Shown: positions 1-9,574, counted from the stretch's first letter. The stretch: DNA of 64,000 bases from an uncultured Rivularia sp. (GCA_963665115.1 OY762007.1:4672001-4736000); one strand, 5' to 3'. The notes: a model not told the origin generated them from the letters alone. Numbers and translations are program-made.

Positions 1-2
1 TA

Positions 3-473
3 GATGAAAGCGATTGTCTAGCAGAAATTAGGCAATTAATAAGACGATTGCTGGTTAATTCTTATTGGATAAAAACTCAACATCCGGAACCCGATACTAA
101 AACCGGAACTTCTGTTAAACTTTTATATGATGAGTTGGGTTTTCCTTTTACAGTACAAACCGTTACCTTTACAAAAGGAACGCAATCCAATATTCATAAT
201 CACGGAATTTGGGGAATCGTCGCAGTATTAAAAGGACAAGAAAAGAATATTATTTGGAAGCGAAATCCTACCGCAGAACATCCAGAAAAAATTGAACCCG
301 TAGCAGAAATTATCTTAAATCCTGGGGATATTGTTAGTTTCGTACCGGGTGCAATTCATAGTGTCGAAGCAATGAGTGACGAACCAACCGTAACTTTTAA
401 CTTGTACGGCGAAACTAGATCGAAAGAACGTTTTGCATTTGACACGGTTCGTCATACTGCGAAGAATTTCTAA
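3..473 (+). CDS. Cupin / cysteine dioxygenase-like metal-binding protein (5'-truncated by window edge)
   Basis: Frame is open from position 3 (DESDCLAEIRQLIRRLLVN...). Cupin motifs HNHGIWG...G.E and PGDIVSF.PGAIHSV. Confidence 0.75.
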   Translation, partial: DESDCLAEIRQLIRRLLVNSYWIKTQHPEPDTKTGTSVKLLYDELGFPFTVQTVTFTKGTQSNIHNHGIWGIVAVLKGQEKNIIWKRNPTAEHPEKIEPVAEIILNPGDIVSFVPGAIHSVEAMSDEPTVTFNLYGETRSKERFAFDTVRHTAKNF

Positions 474-524
474 ACAATGAACAATTATCAATTATCAATG
501 AACAGTTGCTATTTCTTGTTTACT

Positions 525-572
525 AGCGAGCAAGATGCTTGTCCTGACGGACACGCTGCGCTAACGCACTAC
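525..572. repeat. REP-like hairpin (agcgagcaagatgctcgcactac family) interrupted by a 25-nt insert at 540-564
   Basis: Removing 540-564 restores exactly the hairpin at 31779-31801. Confidence 0.8.
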
Positions 573-671
573 GAAAATTAGTTTAAACGACTATAAATAA
601 TAACTAGTAACTAATAACTGATGATTGATAATTGGTCATTGATAATTGATAACTGATTAGGAGCTTTTATC

Positions 672-1112
672 GTGGCAAAGGTAATATTTTACGAAAAAAC
701 TGGCTGTCGAAATAATACTAAACAGAAAACATTATTAACAGCAGCCGGACATCAAGTAGAAGCGCATAATATCTTAGAAGAAAAATGGACTAAAGAGCGT
801 TTGCGCTGGTTTTTCAACAATCGTCCCGTAGCAGATTGGTTTAACCGTTCATCACCTAGAATCAAATCTGGTGAAATAAACCCCGAACAAGTAGATGCGG
901 AAACTGCTTTAGATTTAATGTTAGAGGAACCGTTATTAATTCGTCGTCCTTTAATTCAAGTCGGTTATCGCGGTGAAGTCGGTTTCGATACCCAAGTTAT
1001 TGAAAGTTGGATTGGCTTAACTCCTAAAGATGAGACTTTACAGGAAGTTAGTCAAAAATTGATGAGTACGGATTTACAAGGTTGCGCTCATAAGCACGAG
1101 CATCATCATTGA
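672..1112 (+). CDS. ArsC/Spx family protein, nitrogenase-associated type
   Basis: FYEKTGCRNN, WFNRSSPRIKSG and PLLIRRPL motifs. AGGAG SD upstream. Confidence 0.8.
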   Translation: MAKVIFYEKTGCRNNTKQKTLLTAAGHQVEAHNILEEKWTKERLRWFFNNRPVADWFNRSSPRIKSGEINPEQVDAETALDLMLEEPLLIRRPLIQVGYRGEVGFDTQVIESWIGLTPKDETLQEVSQKLMSTDLQGCAHKHEHHH

Positions 1113-1152
1113 TTTTGGGGAATTGGTAATTGGTAAATAAAATTTAGTTTGG

Positions 1153-1185
1153 AACCGGATGTCGTGAAGATGTCCGGTTTTTTTT
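1153..1185 (+). terminator. Putative intrinsic terminator
   Basis: Stem aaccggatgtc/gatgtccggtt followed by a T run, downstream of the ArsC-like gene. Confidence 0.55.
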
Positions 1186-1201
1186 GGGTTTATATTGCTC
1201 A

Positions 1202-1257
1202 CCCGACGGGGAATGCAATTCCCCGTCTAATAGTGAAAGTCCATTAAAATGGACTAA
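1202..1257. repeat. Dispersed double-hairpin repeat (inverted second copy at 16098-16152)
   Basis: Hairpins gacggggaatgcaattccccgtc and agtccattaaaatggact. Reverse complement matches 16098-16152. Confidence 0.7.
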
Positions 1258-1275
1258 GAGTTTTTGTAAATAGTT

Positions 1276-1722
1276 ATGGAGATTACTGCTGAAGAATTGC
1301 GTATAAGAACTGCTGCTAGGGAGAAGTATTTTGCTGGGATTAGGGTTAAAGAAGGCGAGGTTCTTGATGGCATCAATTTGAGAAAAGTCATTTTGAGAGG
1401 AGCTTATCTGTGCTACGTTTCCTTGATTGGTGCTAACTTGAGTAACGCTCGTTTGAGGGGAGCTTCTCTCGATGGAGCTATTTTGGATGGTGCTAATTTG
1501 CACGGAGTTCAACTCCAAGGAGCCTGTTTGTTCGGAGCTAGCCTCCGCAATTGCACTTTGGTTGGAGCCGATTTGCATGGAGCCGACTTGAGAGGTGTTG
1601 ATTTGCAAGGATCTGATTTGAGCCATGCTGACTTCAGAGGAGCCGACATGGATAACGTTATTTTCTACGAGGTTATTCTGAAAAACACTATTATGGAAGA
1701 TGGAAGCGTTGAGAGTTCGTAG
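1276..1722 (+). CDS. Pentapeptide repeat protein
   Basis: Tandem A(D/N)LxG-type pentapeptides (GANLS, GASLD, GANLH, GADLH, GADLR). Confidence 0.9.
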   Translation: MEITAEELRIRTAAREKYFAGIRVKEGEVLDGINLRKVILRGAYLCYVSLIGANLSNARLRGASLDGAILDGANLHGVQLQGACLFGASLRNCTLVGADLHGADLRGVDLQGSDLSHADFRGADMDNVIFYEVILKNTIMEDGSVESS

Positions 1723-2040
1723 GTTGGGTTGAGGAACGTTAACGGAGTGTGTCCCGGAGGACATAACCCAACATAATCTCGAAAACTAAACAAAATAATT
1801 CAAACAACTTCAATATTCAACACCCAACTAAATAATACTTTTCAACCAAAGCTCGTAGGTTGGGTTGAACGAAGAGAAACCCAACATTATTTAGAAAGCA
1901 AAACAAAACCATTAGAACAAATTTAATATTTAACACTTAACCAAATAATACGTTTCAACCAAAACCCGGATGTTGGGTTACGACGCTTCTATACTCTTCG
2001 TCAACAACAAATATAATTCGTGCGTCTAACCCAACCTACA
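1719..2040. repeat. Array of three GTAG-type REP-like units (gtaggttgggttga...aacccaac) with repeated linkers
   Basis: Direct units at 1719 and about 1855, and an inverted unit ending ...aacccaacctac near 2039. The two linkers share aatatt.aacac..aac.aaataatac.tttcaaccaaa. Confidence 0.75.
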
Positions 2041-2627
2041 AGAGGGCTACAATTTAAAAGTTATTTTTCGCAGAAAATTTCATTCCCCAGCGGATTGATG
2101 AGCTTTTTATAAATAAATATTTGCCAATCTGGCAGTTAATTTAGTGTAAATAATGATAGCATTTGCGCTTTAGTACTTATTGTTATCGTCAATCCTAACT
2201 AAACCTATAATGTCAAATTTATTTTACTTATCTATATATTCGGTTATGTATAAAAATATGTTGCGGGGTACGGTAATCGATAAATCTTGGAGCAATAACC
2301 ATTAAACTGCTTTTTTCACCAATTCTTAAAGAAATTTCCGCAAGGTTAATCCAAAATCCAAAATTGATGAATTTATATTGTTAAAATCAAACAAAAACTT
2401 ATTGCTGATGATTTGAGTACCAAATAATGGTAATAATTTATTTGAAACGTTAATTTTATTTTTAAAGTCTAAAATCGCTGTAATTATTGCGGTATTTAAC
2501 GCCAAAATTCATGGTTTAGGGTCAAAATTTTGCATTTTAGCTAAGTAATTTACCGGCATCACATTATCATTGCCATCTACCAATAATTTAAGTGGAAAAA
2601 TAATCTCTGCGTGAATGGGGAGCAAGT

Positions 2628-5189
2628 ATGAAAAGTGATATAGCAGTAGAGAAATTACGCCGATATAAGGAGTATGCGGAATCGGTGCTTCAAAGTCTGG
2701 AGTTGGTTTCGGAGAATCCACCACCTCAAGAGGATTGGGTGCCGACAAGTATCCATGAAAACATTCAGCGTCTGGTACAGTCTGCCCGCTCTACGGTAGA
2801 GTTGGCTTCTTCTCCTGTCAAAATTGGCGTAATGGGGGAGTTTAGTAGCGGTAAAACTTTACTAATTGGTAGCTTAATTGGTTTCGCGGATGCTTTACCT
2901 GTTAGCGAAACTCCTTCTACTGGGAACGTAACCGCGATTCATTTGGTGCAGCAACCTCAGTTACAGACGACGAAGGTTAATAAGTTTAAGGTACAGTATC
3001 TTTCCCATGAAGGGGTAAAAGAATGTTTGGGTTTTATGCTCAAGGTGGTGGAAGGTAGGGCAAAGCTGGCGGAAGTACCCGCAGCTCCTTTAGCCACTTT
3101 AAAAAGTTTGTACCCCACAACTTTTGTCGATACCAATGGAATTTTAACTTGGTGCGAACAAGCTTGGAATCAAACCCAAAGTTTGGAATTACGGGCTTTG
3201 TTACGGGAAGTGGTGGTATTTGTTCGTACTTATAGCGCTTACGGGAAAGATATCTGCGGTAGAAGTTACGAAATTGACCATTTTACGGCGAATAAGGGGT
3301 TGAGATTGGCCGATCCCCCAATGAATATTTTGGAGTTAAAATTTCGGGAATTACCCGCATCTCCGAAGCGTTGGGAGACTTTCGCGCAGCCTTCAGCGAG
3401 GGATTTAAATAATAGTTTCTCGTTGATTCGACGGATCGATATTACGGTTGAAGTAGCAAAACAAATCTGGGATTTATCAGGGTTACAGGGGACGAATGAG
3501 TTTGTATTATTAGATTTTCCCGGTTTGGGTGCGGCTGATTCGGGTATCAGAGATACTTTTTTATCGCTGCGGGAATTGACTGAGGTACAAACTATTTTAC
3601 TGTTACTCAACGGTAGATATCCGGGGGGAGTGACTGCTGCAAAAATTCGCAGTATGTTGGAACGGGATAAGGGACAAGATTTAAGAGATCGGATTATTGT
3701 TGCTATGGGAAGGTTTAATCAGCTTCCTTTAACAAGTCGCGATATTTTGACGATGGATGAGGTTTTGGAGGAACCTTTATTATCGGAAGAAGCTGTTTTA
3801 GAAAAGCTGAGAATTCTGCATTTAACTCTTGCTAGTGCAAGTAATTTGACGACTGAGAAGAAAAATATTGTTTTGCTATCGCAGCTTTACGGATTAACAA
3901 AGCAAGCACAGTATTCTTCGTTAATACAAGTTTGTTCCCCAGAGTTTTTACCAGATTTAGAAAAGCCAAATCAAGCTGATGAAGTTCAGTTACGGGAAAA
4001 ATGGCGCAAGTTGGGGGAGATGTTACCGCAGTCAAGTACTTTGCACAAACAGTTGAGCGATTATGCAGAAGATGGTGGCATAAGTCGATTGCGATCGCTA
4101 CTTAAAGATCATGTGGGGCAGCATGGAATGAAGCAGCTTTTGGAAGATACCCAAAGGGCTGCGGAAACGGTGATGAAGGAGCAAAATAATTTAAAAGCTG
4201 TATTGGAAGAGATTCCGGCTTATATTCCGGTGGTGGAAAATCCGGCTTTTATGGAGTTACGGGAAAAAATTGAGAATTTAGTAACGACATATCGGCATTT
4301 TCAGGAAGATTTAGAAAAACAGCCGATGTTAAAAAATCGCACTGGATCTACTTTGAGCGATGTTGTCAAAGATGAATTAACCAACAAAATATTTTTTGAG
4401 TGGAGCGAGTGGACTTTATTATTCGATCGGACTAAAAACGGGACAATTACGTTTACTAAAAATGCCAGCATCTTTGAGGAAGACGAAGAGGAAGACGCAA
4501 TTCCCACTCAAAGCGACGATTTTTATAATTCCTTCGTTAAAACCGTTAACGAAATGCAATCTTTTGCTCATGAAAGAACTGCTGAAACGGTAAAAGATTT
4601 ATTCAACAAATTAGCCGTAGAAGTACAGTTAGAAAGAAACAAAATTAAAGAAATTATCCAACCGCAATTAGAGCAGCGAATTCAGGAGAAGTTTGGCAAG
4701 AGAGAAACTCGTTTATATAGATATCTTTTACGAGCGATCGATCCAACTAATAAATGGCAAAACTTAATTATTCAACACAGCGGATTGGCGAGTAGTGCAG
4801 TACCGATAAATGCCGATAGTTTATTTCCTTTAGCAAGAAAAGATGCACAACATCAAAAAGGACAGATATTCGATTGGAGTCCTGACAAACAATTTTCAGT
4901 ACCACCAAGACCATTTAATCATCAAATTGCCGTGTTGAGATTGCGGGATGAAATTACTGCTAGTGCTGGGTTACATTTGATTCAATACGTCAGCGAAATC
5001 ACCAAACAAGTTAAAGGTTCCTTTTCAATGGCATTGAAGGAGATAGTTGATAGTTTACAAGAACTTTTAAAATCCAAACACGAGCCTTTATTGAGATATA
5101 TAGCTTCTGCTGAGGAAACAACTTCTGCTTCTACACCAGAGTGGCTGGATACTATGAAGCGGATTACTGTTATTTCTTATCCGGAGTGA
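2628..5189 (+). CDS. Dynamin-like (SrfC-like) large GTPase, 853 aa
   Basis: G1 GEFSSGKT, G2-like LPVSETPSTG, G3 LLDFPG, variant G4 MGRFNQ, long helical C-terminal region. Confidence 0.75.
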   Translation: MKSDIAVEKLRRYKEYAESVLQSLELVSENPPPQEDWVPTSIHENIQRLVQSARSTVELASSPVKIGVMGEFSSGKTLLIGSLIGFADALPVSETPSTGNVTAIHLVQQPQLQTTKVNKFKVQYLSHEGVKECLGFMLKVVEGRAKLAEVPAAPLATLKSLYPTTFVDTNGILTWCEQAWNQTQSLELRALLREVVVFVRTYSAYGKDICGRSYEIDHFTANKGLRLADPPMNILELKFRELPASPKRWETFAQPSARDLNNSFSLIRRIDITVEVAKQIWDLSGLQGTNEFVLLDFPGLGAADSGIRDTFLSLRELTEVQTILLLLNGRYPGGVTAAKIRSMLERDKGQDLRDRIIVAMGRFNQLPLTSRDILTMDEVLEEPLLSEEAVLEKLRILHLTLASASNLTTEKKNIVLLSQLYGLTKQAQYSSLIQVCSPEFLPDLEKPNQADEVQLREKWRKLGEMLPQSSTLHKQLSDYAEDGGISRLRSLLKDHVGQHGMKQLLEDTQRAAETVMKEQNNLKAVLEEIPAYIPVVENPAFMELREKIENLVTTYRHFQEDLEKQPMLKNRTGSTLSDVVKDELTNKIFFEWSEWTLLFDRTKNGTITFTKNASIFEEDEEEDAIPTQSDDFYNSFVKTVNEMQSFAHERTAETVKDLFNKLAVEVQLERNKIKEIIQPQLEQRIQEKFGKRETRLYRYLLRAIDPTNKWQNLIIQHSGLASSAVPINADSLFPLARKDAQHQKGQIFDWSPDKQFSVPPRPFNHQIAVLRLRDEITASAGLHLIQYVSEITKQVKGSFSMALKEIVDSLQELLKSKHEPLLRYIASAEETTSASTPEWLDTMKRITVISYPE
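4091..4098. repeat. HIP1 octamer GCGATCGC (also at 7142, 26281, 40031, 51501, 60391, 63011 and elsewhere)
   Basis: Recurs throughout the window. Hallmark of many cyanobacteria. Confidence 0.9.
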
Positions 5190-5250
5190 AAAATTATCAA
5201 TTATCAATTATCAATTATCAATTAACAGGTTGGAATTCATAACTATAAGA

Positions 5251-5275
5251 AGACGTAGCACTGCTACGTCTCTAC
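5251..5275. repeat. REP-like palindrome gtagagacgtagca-N-tgctacgtctctac (variants at 16301, 20080, 34718, 37776, 42220)
   Basis: Six similar intergenic palindromes read directly from the sequence. Confidence 0.85.
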
Positions 5276-5410
5276 ATTAAAACTATTAATTCCTAACTCT
5301 TTTACCGGAAGATTACTGATTAATAAAACCGCAGAGACGCAGAGGAAACAGAGATAAGAAGTTACAGAGATATAGCCACTAACAACTAACAACTAACTCC
5401 CAGATAAAAA

Positions 5411-8400
5411 ATGCCTGTCAAAATAGAACTTTTCAGTCGTTATCAATTACGTACTAAAGAAACCGATCCGCTGCTTTTATTATTGCCGGTAGTTGAAATA
5501 AAACCAGTTGATAGTCCTAATTCTCCGTTTATTTCTTCGATTGAAATTAAGGTTTTAGGACAGCGTTCTGAGTTAGCAAAACAAATCGAATCGGCTTATA
5601 GAAGCGTTAGTTTTAGTACCGATAGATTACTTCGACTTACTTCTCCCCAGCGGTTGAGACAAAATGATTGTATTTGGACTCCACCTTTACCCAAGGGAAT
5701 TGATTTGACTTTGCGGGTGACTGCTGAGTATTTCGATTCCGATGATACGGGTACGGCAATTTTAGCGGTGAAAAAAACTGCTGCTGCTGATTGCAATATT
5801 TGGACTTTTGCTGAGGAAAATGCTCGCTGGAGAAATCCTGAACTTACAGAAGAAATTACCAATCAAAATATGATTAGCGAAACCCCTATTCTTAATCACT
5901 CTTCGTCGGTTATTTCGCAAAAGGAAAAATCTGAGATAACTTATCCCGGTTGGTTTGCGATTGATTTTGGTACTTCTAATTCTACGGTGACGCTTTACGA
6001 TCCAAAGGTGATTGTCACTCCCCATACTTTACCCAGCGAACAAGAGGAAAAGTTAAGCGAAAAATTAGCCTTTTGGTTGACGCAGCGCCCTGTTGATGAG
6101 GTACCAGGGATCGGTCGCGATGTTTGGGATGCTGAGTGGCAAAAGTTATTCTCACACCTCAGTAAAAACTTGGATAATTTTAATCCGGCGAATTTACAGC
6201 TTTTGCGCGGAGAACAGCTTTTAGAAGCAATTCGCGAAATAGAAATCTGTCTGAGCAAGCGTTTGGGCTGGTTCCGTCGTGCTGCTAGTAAAAGATTAAA
6301 TAAAATTTATCATCAGGTTTTTCGGGTTCCAGCTTTGGAGTGGCAAAGTTTGTTACCCGTTGAGTTGGATAAGGATAGACGGTTAAATGAAATTCCTTCG
6401 GAGTTGGAGGTGATTAATTTAGAGCCTTCTTTACCATCTCAAGATCCAGGAAAGGTAAAAGTGATGTTGGGAGAGCAAGCTTATCAGCATAGATTGGATG
6501 CGATTAAGCAAGGTGAAGGAATTGACGGACGATTTTTGCATTCCCCCAAACGTTATTTTGGTCAAGAGCGCAGTTTTGATATAAGTTTGGATGGTAAGGA
6601 AGATACTATTCAAGTAAATCAACTTTTGCAGGCTGCTTACGCTGAGTTGATTGAATTAACCCAGAAATATCGTCAGCGCTATCCCGGAAAATGCAGCGAT
6701 GGTAACTTTTATCGCGCAGTTTTGACATATCCGACAATTGCTTCACCATTTATCCGTCGAGAAATCGAAAGTTTAGTTAAGAAATTGGGTATCGAAGACG
6801 TACAAATGGCTTACGATGAAGCCGTTTCCGCAGCTATCTTCTTTTTATGGCAAGAATTTGGTGGCGATTTAAATTTAGGAATAGAATCTTTTAAAAGCCG
6901 TTGTCGTCACGATGGCAATAAATGGTGGCAAAATGTTTTAGTCTTAGATATTGGTGGGGGAACCACCGATTTAGCCTTAATTCGACTGACTTTAGAAGAA
7001 ATCGATCCTTTTGAACCTACCGAAGATAGAGGTGATGGAGGTCGATATTATAAACTTACACCAAAACTGTTGGGATCTTCGGGTCATTTACAGTTGGGTG
7101 GGGAATTGATTTCGCTGCGATTATTCTTGTTGTTAAAAGTGGCGATCGCCGATTCTCTATTAAGTGCTGTTGCGGATGATATTTTAGCTAAAGAAGTATT
7201 GAAAGTACAGCCAGAAGAATTAAACGAACGCTTTTTAGATAACGGTAAATATCGTAAAGGTTCGCTGTTAGCTTGTGTTGATAAAGAAATTCGCGAAGGT
7301 GATACCTACAAAGAAGCATTAAACGACGCTGAAAAAGTTTTACCTACCCGTTGGAAAAATAGTTCATCCCGTTCTCAAACATTTTACGATCTTTGGGAAC
7401 ACGCTGAAAATGCCAAGTTAGCCTTGGGACAAAAACGTTTTCTGGTAAACGATATCCCAGAAGCAATATTTGTTTTAAACGGACAGCAAATATCAGAATT
7501 ACTTTCCCAAAACGATATTCAACTACCCACAGACGTACTTGATAAAATTAGCGTCACCTTAACAGGAGAGCAATTCGAGAAAGCAGCTTCCCCGGTAATT
7601 CAAGAAGCCATCGGTATAGCTTCTGGCTTAATTGAAAATGCTTTTAAGTCAAAGTTCGTCAGCGAAATTAGTTTTATTGAACAAATACAACAAGACGAAG
7701 CGCAAACTAAAAAAGAACAAGTAGACTGGTTAATTTTATCCGGCAAAACCTGTAATTTAGAATTGGTAGAGCGGGAACTTTACCGAGTATTTAGTAAATC
7801 CGATTACTTTGTCTGGAACGAAGAAAGAGTTACCTTTGAACCAGAATATACCAAATTAGCCACATCAGCCGGAGCTTGCTTTGCTGAAAAGCTGCGTCAA
7901 TTAAGCTTCTCTCCCCAAGAGTCAAAAGATTTACTTCGGAAAGGCGCAAATCAACTTTATATAGATGTAAAAAACTTATTTTACTTTTTACCTTGCTCCT
8001 TCGTTAGAGAAGTTATTGGTGGAAGTCCAGTTCCAATTTTCCACGCGGGACAAGAACTTTACCAACTCAAAGCCGAAGAAGGAATGGCGAAATTACGCAG
8101 CAATTGGTTGGGAATGCAGTTAACCAATAATATCAGAAGACAAGACTTTGAAAAAATGAAGTTACAGCTATGGGGAAGTTTTAACGGTGACGCTTTAATG
8201 AAAAAATTAGGAATCACCGAAGACGACTTTAAAAATAATATCAAAGTTCAATTTGAAATCAATCAAAAGTTGGACATTGACTTATTACTTTGTCGCGGAA
8301 TTCCTCATTATTTAATACCTGCAAATATTCCCAACATCGACGCAGCAAAAGCAATTGGGAATCAAGAATTAATTACCGATGAATCACAAGTAATTTGCGA

Positions 8401-8857
8401 CATAGCCGTTAACGTCGTCGAAGCAGCAAACGCATTAAAAACAGACGCACATACAGTATTATATAAAGCCGGTAAAGACTATAGCAAAGAATTAAGAGTA
8501 TTCCGCTATGATAACGACACAAACCAACCGCAAACCATCGGATTAATAGCCGAACTTCCACCATTTCCAGCCAGCGGAAAACATACATTTTACTTCCAAT
8601 TCCGCAACCCCCAATCTAATACATGGGAATTAATTGGAGAATTACCACAACCACCAGTTAACAGTGAATATCCATGTCGTTATTACGTTACTTTAGACTT
8701 TAAAGGAACATTGCGCGTACATCCCTTTGAAGTACCATATTGGACATCTACAAATCCAGAATTTCTCAAACAAGAAGGATGTATATTTCGGGATACTTTA
8801 CAACCACAGTCTACTAATGTTGAAGCCGAAAGAGATCCGTTTTGTGGAATGCATTAG
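5411..8857 (+). CDS. Large Hsp70/actin-fold (SrfB-like) ATPase, 1148 aa
   Basis: Phosphate-1 FAIDFGTSNS, LTYPT, connect YDEAVSAA, phosphate-2 LVLDIGGGTTD, LGGELI, adenosine-like ILSGKTCNL. Confidence 0.8.
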   Translation: MPVKIELFSRYQLRTKETDPLLLLLPVVEIKPVDSPNSPFISSIEIKVLGQRSELAKQIESAYRSVSFSTDRLLRLTSPQRLRQNDCIWTPPLPKGIDLTLRVTAEYFDSDDTGTAILAVKKTAAADCNIWTFAEENARWRNPELTEEITNQNMISETPILNHSSSVISQKEKSEITYPGWFAIDFGTSNSTVTLYDPKVIVTPHTLPSEQEEKLSEKLAFWLTQRPVDEVPGIGRDVWDAEWQKLFSHLSKNLDNFNPANLQLLRGEQLLEAIREIEICLSKRLGWFRRAASKRLNKIYHQVFRVPALEWQSLLPVELDKDRRLNEIPSELEVINLEPSLPSQDPGKVKVMLGEQAYQHRLDAIKQGEGIDGRFLHSPKRYFGQERSFDISLDGKEDTIQVNQLLQAAYAELIELTQKYRQRYPGKCSDGNFYRAVLTYPTIASPFIRREIESLVKKLGIEDVQMAYDEAVSAAIFFLWQEFGGDLNLGIESFKSRCRHDGNKWWQNVLVLDIGGGTTDLALIRLTLEEIDPFEPTEDRGDGGRYYKLTPKLLGSSGHLQLGGELISLRLFLLLKVAIADSLLSAVADDILAKEVLKVQPEELNERFLDNGKYRKGSLLACVDKEIREGDTYKEALNDAEKVLPTRWKNSSSRSQTFYDLWEHAENAKLALGQKRFLVNDIPEAIFVLNGQQISELLSQNDIQLPTDVLDKISVTLTGEQFEKAASPVIQEAIGIASGLIENAFKSKFVSEISFIEQIQQDEAQTKKEQVDWLILSGKTCNLELVERELYRVFSKSDYFVWNEERVTFEPEYTKLATSAGACFAEKLRQLSFSPQESKDLLRKGANQLYIDVKNLFYFLPCSFVREVIGGSPVPIFHAGQELYQLKAEEGMAKLRSNWLGMQLTNNIRRQDFEKMKLQLWGSFNGDALMKKLGITEDDFKNNIKVQFEINQKLDIDLLLCRGIPHYLIPANIPNIDAAKAIGNQELITDESQVICDIAVNVVEAANALKTDAHTVLYKAGKDYSKELRVFRYDNDTNQPQTIGLIAELPPFPASGKHTFYFQFRNPQSNTWELIGELPQPPVNSEYPCRYYVTLDFKGTLRVHPFEVPYWTSTNPEFLKQEGCIFRDTLQPQSTNVEAERDPFCGMH

Positions 8858-8883
8858 TCAGTTAACAGTTAACAGTTATAATT

Positions 8884-9034
8884 TGTAGGGTGTGTTACGG
8901 CTCGGGGTAATTCGATTCAAAAATTACTATTGTAATAATGCCGTAACGCACCATTGTTTTTCAAAAACCTTTTTTTTCGATATTGTAATTTAAATTAAAT
9001 ATTTATCATATTTGTGCCGTGACAGCACCCTACA
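8884..9034. repeat. Inverted pair of GTAG REP-like elements (tgtagggtg...cacccta); related unit at 28484-28556
   Basis: tgtagggtgtgttacggc...gccgtaacgcacc and gccgtgacagcaccctaca between convergent genes. Confidence 0.7.
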
Positions 9035-9043
9035 AAATTACCG

Positions 9044-9574
9044 TTATTGCTCTTCCCAGAAACCTCTTTTAAATGGCTCGAAATCTAATGCTTCATCTTT
9101 TGAAACACCAAACTTTTCCATAAAAGAGATGTAAGCATTTTCTAGCTTGTTTTTATCGGATTCGATTATAGAAGCGATTTGCCTTTTTGGTTTTTTGATG
9201 TATCCGAATAAATCGTCGATTTCACCAGCCCAACATTTGTAAATAATAAACATCCATTCATGCTCTTGTTTTATTCCAATTTTCTTTGCAATATTATTTA
9301 CTTCTCCGATAGATGGATTTTTACTTACGTATTGTGGAATTGATATTGCAGAGCCGATAAATGGAGAATTTACCTTTTTAACTGTATATAGCGCTTCCCG
9401 GTCTATCGAGGTACATCTTAAAACCTCACCCCCAACCCCTCTCCTTATTAAGGAGAGGGGAGATAAAGAAAGCTGTACTTCACCAGATTGAGAAACGCTA
9501 TAAGGAATATCAAGAGGTACTTCTTCGGAAATCTGAAATTCTTTGACAAATATTCCAGCAAATTGATAGGTCAT
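9044..9574 (-). CDS. Hypothetical protein carrying an in-frame 38-codon MITE insertion
   Basis: Likely start MTYQFAG at 9574. ORF stays open across the element at 9387-9502. Confidence 0.65.
   Translation of the reverse strand: MTYQFAGIFVKEFQISEEVPLDIPYSVSQSGEVQLSLSPLSLIRRGVGGEVLRCTSIDREALYTVKKVNSPFIGSAISIPQYVSKNPSIGEVNNIAKKIGIKQEHEWMFIIYKCWAGEIDDLFGYIKKPKRQIASIIESDKNKLENAYISFMEKFGVSKDEALDFEPFKRGFWEEQ
9387..9502. mobile_element. MITE-like element, 29-bp imperfect TIRs, TA at both ends
   Basis: Left tatagcgcttcccggtctatcgaggtaca vs reverse complement of right tatagcgtttctcaatctggtgaagtaca (21/29). Internal hairpin cccctctccttattaaggagagggg. Confidence 0.8.

Noticed and set aside
1144..1764. 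206-aa minus-strand ORF
   Set aside because: Antisense shadow of the pentapeptide repeat gene (Ser/Gln-rich periodic pattern).
1719..2040. Repeat-spacer pattern resembling CRISPR
   Set aside because: The 'spacers' are homologous to each other and the last repeat is inverted, which fits a REP/BIME array.
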